A stretch of 64,000 nucleotides of DNA, from assembly GCA_036507075.1 (NCBI GenBank), contig DASXQR010000048.1, positions 1 through 64,000 of the forward strand, written 5' to 3'. Below the pieces are notes generated by a model. It made no database searches, was not told the DNA's origin, and saw only the letters and a program-made list of their open reading frames with translations. The translations under genes and the position numbers were made by a program. Shown in pieces: positions 53,278 through 61,803 of the stretch (position 1 is the stretch's first letter; each line of letters begins with the position of its first letter). This DNA comes from Acidobacteriota bacterium (lineage in GTDB: Bacteria; Acidobacteriota; UBA6911; JACQSX01).

Positions 53278-53570
53278 CACGGTGGCAACTTCTTGTTTTT
53301 AGACGAGATTTCAGAAGACAAGACCGATCACGTCGACGTTTATCGTCTACGGCCACGTGCACGTCAATGTCCACGACGCACGTCCAAATGCAAGGTGACA
53401 GATTTAGAGCCTAATCATTTTGGTCAACATTGACACGATGCGTTCCAAACTGCGATTTTTTCCTTCGTGAGCGTTGACGTGATCGTTGACGTCTATCGTT
53501 GACGTGCACGTGCTCGTGGCCGTCCTTGGCTTTTTCTTTGGTTGCGGCTCTTCCGGACTGTGCGGCGGTG
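53278..53570 (+). mobile_element. Composite element family A with a possible coding remnant in the centre
   Basis: GGCAACTTCTTGTTTTT left end, hexamer arms, TTTGGTTGCGGC right end. Confidence 0.7.
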
Positions 53571-53683
53571 ATATAACGTGGCCGCCTTTTGAGAGCAAAG
53601 TCACAACTTATTGAGTGCCTTTAGGTTAAGTAATACAGTGAAAGGTCAGGTCCCGCAGGGGGCATTTCCGGAAATAACTCAAC

Positions 53684-56600
53684 ATGAACAGACAACTGAC
53701 AAGGGTCTCTCTCCTTCTCTTTGGCTCCGGGATGTGCGCGCTCATTTATCAGACCACCTGGCTGCGCGAATTCAGACTGATCTTTGGCGCTTCCACGGCC
53801 GCATCTGCGGCAGTGCTGGCGATCTTTATGGGCGGCCTCGGATGGGGAAGCATGGTGCTGGGAAAGCGCTCCGATCGTCGCGCCAATGCTCTGAATTTCT
53901 ACGCAACACTCGAGATGGGAATTGCCTTCACCGCCGCGATTACGCCCCTGCTGCTGTGGGTGACTCATCTGGTGTATGTCAGCCTGGGGGGATCTCTTGT
54001 TCTCGGCGCAGGCGCCGCAACTTTGCTGCGACTTGCGCTGGCATCTCTTGTGTTGTGCGTTCCCACTTTTCTGATGGGAGGGACTCTCCCGGCGGCGGCC
54101 AGGGCGGTGGAAACCAATTCCGATCTGAGCAGGCGGAACCTCGCGCTCCTGTACGGGACAAACACCCTGGGAGCGGTGGCCGGCGCCGCCATTTCCACTT
54201 TTTTTCTTCTGGAGCTTTACGGCAATAGAAAAACTCTCTGGCTGGCCTGCCTGCTGAATCTTTTGGTGGCGCTCACAGCCCGCAGCCTGGCGCGTTCCAT
54301 CGTGATCTCAGGGGAGGAAAGTTCAGCAATCCTTCCTTTCACGCCGGAAGCGGAAATCGCTGTGGCGACACCATCGGGCACACATCCCGCAGCCAGTCTC
54401 CCGGCAACATTCGCCGTCATCGCCGCCGCAATCACAGGTTTCGTGTTTTTGCTGATGGAGTTGGTCTGGTATCGAATGCTCGGTCCATTGCTGGGCGGCT
54501 CGACATTCACGTTCGGTGTCATCCTCGCTCTCGCCCTGCTGGGAGTGGGCCTGGGCGGCGCGGCCTACGCTTTTTTTGGAAGCACCCGATCCCCGTCCCT
54601 GAATTCCTTCGCGCTCACTTGCGGGCTGGAGGCTTTGTTTGTCGGAATTCCCTACGCTCTCGGCGATCGCATTGCGCTGCTTGCCGTTCTTCTTCGCCCC
54701 TTCGGTTCAGTCGGCTTCCATGGCTATGTGCTGGCGTGGACCGGGGTAGCCTGCGTGGTTGTGCTGCCGGCCGCTTTGGTCGCCGGCATTCAGTTTCCGA
54801 TGCTGATTGCGCTGCTGGGAAAAGGCAGGGAAAGGGTCGGACGCGATGTAGGGCTGGCATACACTTCGAATACGCTGGGCGCCATTGCCGGCTCGCTGGC
54901 CGGAGGCTTCGGTCTGTTGTCGCTTCTCGGCGCTCCGGGCACATGGCGGCTGGTGGTGCTGATACTCACCGGATTGTGTCTGGTCTCACTGGGTCTGAGC
55001 GGTGTGGCAAAGTCTGCATGGCGAAGGTCGGCACCCGTCTTCTGCCTGGCAGTGATCTCGGCCTGCACGATCTTCACGGTCGGTCCGACGGCTGTTTGGC
55101 GTCACAGCCAGATCGGCGCCGGCAGAGCCGAAGGATTTACTACCAGTCTCAACAACATTCGAGATTGGATGAGCTACCGGCGACGCTCTCTTTACTGGGA
55201 AAGGGACGGGGTGGAGAGCAGCGTGGCGGTCACGCGGAACGAAGGTCACACCTTTGTTGTAAATGGAAAGGTGGACGGGCACGCCAGATTGGACGCCGGC
55301 ACTCAGGTGATGCTGGGCCTGGTGGGAGCAATTCTCCATCCGGCGCCCAAAAGCGCGTTGGTTATCGGGTTGGGCACGGGCAGTACCGCCGGATGGCTGG
55401 GGGCTGTCCCTTCCATAGAGCGCGTGGACGTGGTGGAGTTGGAGCCGGCGATCCTCAAAGTAGCCGCCGAATGTTCCTCTGTCAACGCGAACGCGATGTC
55501 GAATCCCAAGGTTCACGTGCTGATCGGCGACGGTCGAGAGACTCTGCTTACCACACCCGCGCGCTATGACTTGATTGCCTCGGAGCCGTCAAACCCTTAC
55601 CGCGCCGGAATCGCCAGCCTGTTTACACAGGAATTCTACCGCTCCGCATCCCGGCGCCTCTCCGATGACGGACTATTCCTGCAGTGGCTGCAGGCTTACG
55701 AAGTTGACGGTGAGACGATTCGGACCGTTTATGCCACCCTGTCGTCGGTCTTTCCGGTAGTTGAAACCTTTCAGACGACGTACGCGGACCTGCTGCTTGT
55801 CGGTTCGATGAAGCCCGTTTCGTACAATACGTCCATTCTGGCCGGCCGGCTGGGACAGGAGCCATTTCAGACCGCAGTCAGAGATACATGGCGCGTGTCG
55901 GGTGTCGAAGGCTTCCTGGCGCATTATCTAGCCAATTCGGCATTCGCATCAGCCATCGCCCACCAGCACAACACGCTCATCAACACCGATGACCGCACGC
56001 CGATCGAGTTCGGCTTTGCGCGCAGCGTGGGGAAGCTCGGCATCTTCAACGTGGATCATGTCGCCAGGCTGGCCCGATCTCGATCCGAACACAGGCCGGA
56101 AAACCTTCAGGGTCAGGTCGACTGGACCAGCGTCGACGATCAGCGCGCTTCCATAAGAACGGAGGGATGGGTCGTTCCGCTGTTGCAGCCGTTCTTCACC
56201 CGCGAACAGCGCATTCGCACGGAAGCACAAATCCGATATGTCAGAGAAGATTTCGCCAGTGCGCTGCTGCTGTGGAAATCACAGCCCAAAGAGCCTGCTA
56301 CTTTGACCGAGCTGACGATGGTGGCCGAGAGCCTGGCCGACAATGGCGACCCGGAGGCACTGAAACTGATCGAAAGGATACACGCCACGCACCCGACAGA
56401 AGCGGAGGCGCTTTTGGGGCGTCTACTCTTGCGTCAGAAGCGGCTGGAAGAAGCTGCCATCGTTCTGGAATCCGCGTTCGTGCGTTATCGCAACGACCCC
56501 TGGCCCCCGCCCTCATTGATGGAGCGCGCGCTGGACGTGGCAACGACGGTGGCCACGCTGGACCCGGGCAAACGACTCGCTCTCAGACTGCACGATGCAA

Positions 56601-56941
56601 TCAATCAGCCTTTCGCCCTGCTTCTTGCGAACAACAGCCGGCTCATCGCTGTCTTGAAAATTGCGCGCTACCTGGACGGCGGAGATTTCAGCCATCTGTC
56701 TGCCGATGCCATCGGGTCCTTTGAACCAAATATTCCCTGGCAGTTCGACTTCCTTGCGTACCGGTACCGATGCTACCAGAGCATGGCCAACCTGAAGGCT
56801 GAAGCAGCCAAACATGATCTGGAATCGTTTCTGGCAGCCGAGCCGTCTCCTCTGGCGCGAGGCATGGAAAAAGAATCCGCAGAAACGCCGCACCCGTCTC
56901 CTCTTACGGCGGTAGTAAAGACACCGGTAGCGAAACATTGA
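53684..56941 (+). CDS. Fused MFS-like membrane domain / spermidine synthase-like methyltransferase with helical C-terminus
   Basis: SG..ALIYQ..W.R, NTLGA..G twice, ALVIGLGTGST, DVVELEP, DGRE, IASEPSNPYRAG..LFT.EFY. Confidence 0.88.
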   Translation: MNRQLTRVSLLLFGSGMCALIYQTTWLREFRLIFGASTAASAAVLAIFMGGLGWGSMVLGKRSDRRANALNFYATLEMGIAFTAAITPLLLWVTHLVYVSLGGSLVLGAGAATLLRLALASLVLCVPTFLMGGTLPAAARAVETNSDLSRRNLALLYGTNTLGAVAGAAISTFFLLELYGNRKTLWLACLLNLLVALTARSLARSIVISGEESSAILPFTPEAEIAVATPSGTHPAASLPATFAVIAAAITGFVFLLMELVWYRMLGPLLGGSTFTFGVILALALLGVGLGGAAYAFFGSTRSPSLNSFALTCGLEALFVGIPYALGDRIALLAVLLRPFGSVGFHGYVLAWTGVACVVVLPAALVAGIQFPMLIALLGKGRERVGRDVGLAYTSNTLGAIAGSLAGGFGLLSLLGAPGTWRLVVLILTGLCLVSLGLSGVAKSAWRRSAPVFCLAVISACTIFTVGPTAVWRHSQIGAGRAEGFTTSLNNIRDWMSYRRRSLYWERDGVESSVAVTRNEGHTFVVNGKVDGHARLDAGTQVMLGLVGAILHPAPKSALVIGLGTGSTAGWLGAVPSIERVDVVELEPAILKVAAECSSVNANAMSNPKVHVLIGDGRETLLTTPARYDLIASEPSNPYRAGIASLFTQEFYRSASRRLSDDGLFLQWLQAYEVDGETIRTVYATLSSVFPVVETFQTTYADLLLVGSMKPVSYNTSILAGRLGQEPFQTAVRDTWRVSGVEGFLAHYLANSAFASAIAHQHNTLINTDDRTPIEFGFARSVGKLGIFNVDHVARLARSRSEHRPENLQGQVDWTSVDDQRASIRTEGWVVPLLQPFFTREQRIRTEAQIRYVREDFASALLLWKSQPKEPATLTELTMVAESLADNGDPEALKLIERIHATHPTEAEALLGRLLLRQKRLEEAAIVLESAFVRYRNDPWPPPSLMERALDVATTVATLDPGKRLALRLHDAINQPFALLLANNSRLIAVLKIARYLDGGDFSHLSADAIGSFEPNIPWQFDFLAYRYRCYQSMANLKAEAAKHDLESFLAAEPSPLARGMEKESAETPHPSPLTAVVKTPVAKH

Positions 56942-57221
56942 ATTGAGATGTCGACAAATCGCCTTCACCGCAGAGGCGCCGAGGACGCCAAAGTCAGCGC
57001 AGAGTTCTGACGGATTTCTCTGCGGACACTCGGCGATCTTTGCGTCTTTGCGGTGAAAAACGTCGCCGCCTCCGTCCTTTACCGGCATTTTTGCCTGGCT
57101 CCATAAAATTTTTTTCGCAGATTTCCCCACACCCCGGTTATGTCCTTTTGAACCATGGCTTGATTTCAGCGGCAACGTTCCGTGCCCCTGTAAAATGCCA
57201 TGAAACCATCGGAGCCAGGTT

Positions 57222-58106
57222 ATGAATAAACAGGAATTGCTGAAATTGGCCGACAATCCCGCCCTTATCGAAGGCATTTACAACTATTGCGACCGCTGGT
57301 GCGAGCGTTGCCCGCTGACGCCGCGGTGTCTGGTTTTTGCCATGGAATCCGCGGACAAAGAGCGTGCCGCCGCTGCAGGGGAAGAAGAGCAACTCGTTCA
57401 TCAGCTTGAGGAATCTTTACGCCTGACAACAGAATTGCTCGCTGACTTTCAGAAGGAACAGGAAATGCAATTCAATTCAGAAGATAGCGCCGCAGAAACC
57501 GACGCAGAGGCGCACGTATTCTCCAAGCTTGAGGCAGAGGAACTGTCCGAGGCCCGAAAAATCGCACCCATAGCCGTGCGCGCGGCGAGGCATTACATCG
57601 ACCTGGTCAATGACTGGTTTGATTCCCACGGTTCGCTATTTGAGGAAAAAGAGCGATCGTTGAATGCCGGAGTTCCTGTCGTCTCTGACGCGACAAATCT
57701 TCAACATGAGGTCGACCAGATCACGGATGCTGTGGAAGTAATCCGCTGGTACCAGCATCAGATCTTCGTGAAATTAATGCGGGCGTCCAGAAACCTGGAT
57801 GAGCTCGCAGAAGAATGTAAACAGACAAGGCCCGACAGCATTCTCCTGGATGCCGTAAAGCGGGACGTAAACGGCTCAGCCAAGGTTGCGTTAATCGGGG
57901 TGCAACGCTCCACTTCCGCATGGCTGTCTCTGCGCGGGCATTTGACCGATCAGGCTGACAGCATTCTTCACGTATTGATTCATCTGGAAAAACTGCGACG
58001 CAACTTGCTTTTGGCGTTTCCCGACGCGGAGACGTTCCTCAGGCCCGGATTTGATGAAATTGAAAAGGTTGAACCGACAGGGCCCGAAGAGCGCAAAAGG
58101 GCCTAA
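57222..58106 (+). CDS. Hypothetical protein with N-terminal YNYCDRWCERC cysteine cluster
   Basis: GGAG RBS, 294 aa, acidic and helical, C-terminal F.RPGFD. Confidence 0.75.
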   Translation: MNKQELLKLADNPALIEGIYNYCDRWCERCPLTPRCLVFAMESADKERAAAAGEEEQLVHQLEESLRLTTELLADFQKEQEMQFNSEDSAAETDAEAHVFSKLEAEELSEARKIAPIAVRAARHYIDLVNDWFDSHGSLFEEKERSLNAGVPVVSDATNLQHEVDQITDAVEVIRWYQHQIFVKLMRASRNLDELAEECKQTRPDSILLDAVKRDVNGSAKVALIGVQRSTSAWLSLRGHLTDQADSILHVLIHLEKLRRNLLLAFPDAETFLRPGFDEIEKVEPTGPEERKRA

Positions 58107-58188
58107 GTCCTGCTTGGCGCCTTGGGGGCTTAATTTTTTTAACCGCCAAGGCACCAAGACTCGTAAACTCTCGTGGTATCGGTCCTCC

Positions 58189-59124
58189 ATGTCGCGTGAA
58201 AAGATTTACCTGACCGGATTCCTTCTGACGGCCGGCTTCCTGCTGTTTGTCGGGCGGGGGCTGTTGGAAAGCTCTGTTTTGATCACCTGGACTCTGGCCT
58301 TTTCCGGAACCACGGCGGTTGCGATTCTGGGGGCAGTGGTTTACCGGCTGCAGCTTCAGTTGAAAGAGAGTCGCCATGAGCTGGCGCTGAAGGAAGCGGA
58401 GGTGAACTTCGCGCTCCAGGTTCAACAGCTTCTTTTCCCCAGGAAATTTCCCGAGCACTCGGGACTTGAATTCTCGGCCGCCTGCATTCCGGCTCGAGGA
58501 ATCAGCGGCGATTACTACGACGTGCTGTCGATGCCGGACGGCCGTCTGGTTTTCGCCATTGCCGACATCAGCGGCAAGGGAATTCCCGCGGCGATTGTGA
58601 TGGCTAATCTGCAGGCGCTCTTGCGAGTCCTGGTCGCGGCCAACCTTTCACCCCGCGAAGTATGCGGACGGCTCAATCAGCATTTGTATCAGGTGACCGA
58701 GTCCTCCCGCTTTGCAACTTTCTTCTATGCCGAATGGACCAATAATGAAAGGAAGCTGCGATACGTCAACGCGGGTCATCATCCTCCTCTGGTGAATGGC
58801 AGCAGCGAATTTCCTCTGGACAGGGGCGGCCTTCCGCTGGGCACATTTCCGGACAATGATTTCCAGGAAGGCGAGATCCTGCTGGAGCCCCAGGACATGC
58901 TGGCCCTTTACTCGGACGGTATTGTGGAGGCCATCGGGAAAACGGGGATCGAATTTGGCAAGGATCGACTGGAAGCCCTGGTGAGGGCGGATCTCAATCA
59001 GTCTCTGGCACGCATTCAGCAGACCGTTTTAGACGAAGTCAAGCGGTGGACGAACCGGGAACCGCAGGACGACATCACGCTTGTCCTGGTGCGAGTGGAG
59101 CAGCCAAGAGAGGACGCACAATGA
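58189..59124 (+). CDS. Membrane-anchored PP2C/SpoIIE (RsbU-like) phosphatase
   Basis: Two TM helices, A..VQ..L.P, SGDYYD, IADISGKG, NAGH, YSDG, QDDIT. Confidence 0.9.
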   Translation: MSREKIYLTGFLLTAGFLLFVGRGLLESSVLITWTLAFSGTTAVAILGAVVYRLQLQLKESRHELALKEAEVNFALQVQQLLFPRKFPEHSGLEFSAACIPARGISGDYYDVLSMPDGRLVFAIADISGKGIPAAIVMANLQALLRVLVAANLSPREVCGRLNQHLYQVTESSRFATFFYAEWTNNERKLRYVNAGHHPPLVNGSSEFPLDRGGLPLGTFPDNDFQEGEILLEPQDMLALYSDGIVEAIGKTGIEFGKDRLEALVRADLNQSLARIQQTVLDEVKRWTNREPQDDITLVLVRVEQPREDAQ

Positions 59125-59594
59125 ATATCTCAGGCCATAGTCTGAAGGACCACGTTTGGCTTTTGACACCACTGTTCGCCCTGATAACAGCGATCTGGGC
59201 GCTGCGGATGGTCTGCTATGCCGCGCATTGCCCGGCCTGGCTGCTACGCTCTGTCAGTGTCACTATGGGGGTTGCCGTCTGCGTGTTGCTGGCAAGCATC
59301 CTGATTCATGTGCGGCGCTTCGGGAGTTACGCCAACGTTGTTTTGGCGACCTTCCTTCTGGTTGCCTGGGCGCATATTCTAATCGTCGCCGCGATCGTAT
59401 TTGCGGTCCTGACCGGCACGGATAATGTGTTTACGCTTCCGGAATATTCCTTTCCGGGTCCTGATCCCTATCATTTAAGACACATTCGGGGCCACCTGAC
59501 GATTGGTCTCGGAGCCACTGTCCTGCTCGGCTCTGCCATGGGTTGCCTGCTGCTGTTCCTGCTTCGCCTGCTTTTGCCACGGAAGGATCGCTGA
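59121..59594 (+). CDS. Hypothetical membrane protein (4 TM)
   Basis: ATGA overlap with the phosphatase stop, GAGG RBS, hydrophobic helices. Confidence 0.7.
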   Translation: MNISGHSLKDHVWLLTPLFALITAIWALRMVCYAAHCPAWLLRSVSVTMGVAVCVLLASILIHVRRFGSYANVVLATFLLVAWAHILIVAAIVFAVLTGTDNVFTLPEYSFPGPDPYHLRHIRGHLTIGLGATVLLGSAMGCLLLFLLRLLLPRKDR

Positions 59595-59682
59595 ACAACC
59601 ATTGCGTGGCTTTGCGGGCGAAGTACAGTTAAAATGAACACTCTGGAAGCAAAGCTGCACCGGGCGCCGATTCGCGCCGCCC

Positions 59683-59736
59683 GTAGAGACGCGACATGTC
59701 GCGTCCGAGCTCAGACGCGGCATGCCGCGTCTCTAC
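59683..59736. repeat. GTAG-family REP doublet
   Basis: GTAGAGACGCGACATGTCGCGTC-CGAGCTC-AGACGCGGCATGCCGCGTCTCTAC. Confidence 0.85.
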
Positions 59737-59744
59737 ACCTAAAA

Positions 59745-61799
59745 ATGTCCAAACTCCATATAGTACTGCTGATTCTTTTTCCGGCATTGTCCCTGAATGT
59801 TCGAGCCGATGAAGAAACAAAACTTCCTGCTCCGGTGCAACCGCGGCTGACTTCCGTTTTTCCGATGTCCGCGCAGCCCGGCGCCCGGCTTGAAGTCGAA
59901 TTGCGAGGAGAATTCCTCGATCGCGTCAATCGCGTGCTCTTTGAAACCGGCGACCTCTCGGGAGCCGTTCTCTCTTCTACTTTCACTTCCGCCCGCATCC
60001 AGATTCATGTTGCCGCGGGAGCACAACCGGGGGCGCGCTATTTTCGCCTGCTCTCTCAGCGGGGCGCCTCAAACCTGGTCCTGTTTCGGGTGAGCCGCTG
60101 GCCTGTTCCTTTGGAAAGCGAACCCAACGACGAACTGGACTCGCCGACTGTCGTGAGCCTGCCGGTTCTGATCAACGCCAGACTTTCTTCGATGAACGAC
60201 GTGGACTTGTTTCGATTTCACGCGAAAAACGGCGAGCGCATTCAGTTCAATGTTCTGGGAGCGCGCAATTGGACTCCTGCGGATGTCTCCCTGGCGATCC
60301 TCTGGCCGAATGGTCGCGAAATCGTGCACGATGAAGGGCGATTCATCTGGGATCCGTACATCGATCACATGTTCGAAAAGGAAGGAGACTACCTGGCGGC
60401 CGTCACCGTCACAAGGATGCCCGCCGGTGGCCAGTCGCGCAATGACCTGAACTATCAGCTTGCCATCGGCCGCAGTCCATTCATCTGGTCACTGTTTCCC
60501 TTCGGCGGCGCAAAGGGCAGCACGGTCGAAGTTGAAATGCTGGCCGACTTCGTTCCCACGTCACCAGTAGTGATCTTTAGTGAGAAACGCATCGATGCCA
60601 GGGTGCAGGCGGGAATTCGAAATAATTGCTGTAAAATTCTGACAGCCATTGCTCCCGATGCAACGGCGGGAATTCACGAGTTGTTGTTGGCTGAGAACTC
60701 GGGAATCTTGGCGCCTGCGAAGTTTGCTGTAGGTGACTTTCCGGAATGTTTGGAAGTGGAGCCCAATGACAGCGCGCGCGTGGCGCAAACACTCTCATTC
60801 CCGGCAACAGTCAACGGACGGATTGACCGGAACGGCGATGAAGACTGGTATCGAATATCGGCCGAGACGGGACAGGCTTTGACGTTCATCATCGACGCGG
60901 AAAAGTATGGCTCGGTTCTCGATTCGCAGCTGACGCTTCTGGATACGGGAGGCAGGAGACTGGCTTCAAACGATGACGCCAAGTGGCCGGGGCGGCCACT
61001 CAACCGCGACCCCCTTTTAACTTACCGGTTCAAGGAGAAGGGAGACTACTTTGTCAAAGTCAGCAGCCCCTATCAACGCGGCGACCCGGACCATGTTTAC
61101 CGGCTGACCGTGCGCCCGCAGCAACCCGGTTTTGTGGTGTCGCTCAACAGTGATCGAGCAGTGGTGGCCCGCGGAGGCTCGGGAAAACTGGGGATTTCCG
61201 TTGTTCGTCAGGAGGGGTTTGAAGGTGACGTGCGGATCGACGTAGAAGGCTTGCCGGCCGGTGTCACGGCAAAACCATTGATCATTCCGAAAGAAAAGGA
61301 CAGCGACAGCCTCGTCGTTGAGGCGGCGGAGGGAAGTGATCAGCCATTAAGTGAAATCGAAGTATTTGGAGCCGCTGCCATTGGAGGAAATGAGATTCGC
61401 CGGCGGGCCTGGCTGCCGCCATCGCGTTTTCAAGGGAGCGGCCCGGGTTTCAGCGATTACACACCGCGCAAGCCTCTCTTGTCAGTGGTGGACGCGCCGT
61501 GGTTTTCGCTGGAGTCGGCTGCGTCCACCGTTTACCTGGTGAGAGGCGGCAAGGCTGAATTCGGAGTTAAAATAACTCGTCGCCCGGAATTCACCGCACC
61601 GCTGGAAATCAGCTCGGAGAATCTTCCCGCTGGTGTAACGATAGACCAGGTTGATTTCATTGATGAAGGACGAATGGCTCGTATTACGCTGACGGCGACA
61701 GAATCGACACCTCAGGCGAGAATCCCCGACCTGGTGGTCGTCGGAAAGTCGCGCGAAAAGAAGGAATCGGCTCCGCGGATCTCACTACAGGTGGACTGA
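59745..61799 (+). CDS. Exported protein with pre-peptidase C-terminal (PPC) domains, planctomycete type
   Basis: Signal peptide; two E.EPND...NG/AR...D.D.Y/FR repeats; LDSQLTLLD..G..LASNDD. Confidence 0.82.
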   Translation: MSKLHIVLLILFPALSLNVRADEETKLPAPVQPRLTSVFPMSAQPGARLEVELRGEFLDRVNRVLFETGDLSGAVLSSTFTSARIQIHVAAGAQPGARYFRLLSQRGASNLVLFRVSRWPVPLESEPNDELDSPTVVSLPVLINARLSSMNDVDLFRFHAKNGERIQFNVLGARNWTPADVSLAILWPNGREIVHDEGRFIWDPYIDHMFEKEGDYLAAVTVTRMPAGGQSRNDLNYQLAIGRSPFIWSLFPFGGAKGSTVEVEMLADFVPTSPVVIFSEKRIDARVQAGIRNNCCKILTAIAPDATAGIHELLLAENSGILAPAKFAVGDFPECLEVEPNDSARVAQTLSFPATVNGRIDRNGDEDWYRISAETGQALTFIIDAEKYGSVLDSQLTLLDTGGRRLASNDDAKWPGRPLNRDPLLTYRFKEKGDYFVKVSSPYQRGDPDHVYRLTVRPQQPGFVVSLNSDRAVVARGGSGKLGISVVRQEGFEGDVRIDVEGLPAGVTAKPLIIPKEKDSDSLVVEAAEGSDQPLSEIEVFGAAAIGGNEIRRRAWLPPSRFQGSGPGFSDYTPRKPLLSVVDAPWFSLESAASTVYLVRGGKAEFGVKITRRPEFTAPLEISSENLPAGVTIDQVDFIDEGRMARITLTATESTPQARIPDLVVVGKSREKKESAPRISLQVD

Positions 61800-61803
61800 G
61801 AAC

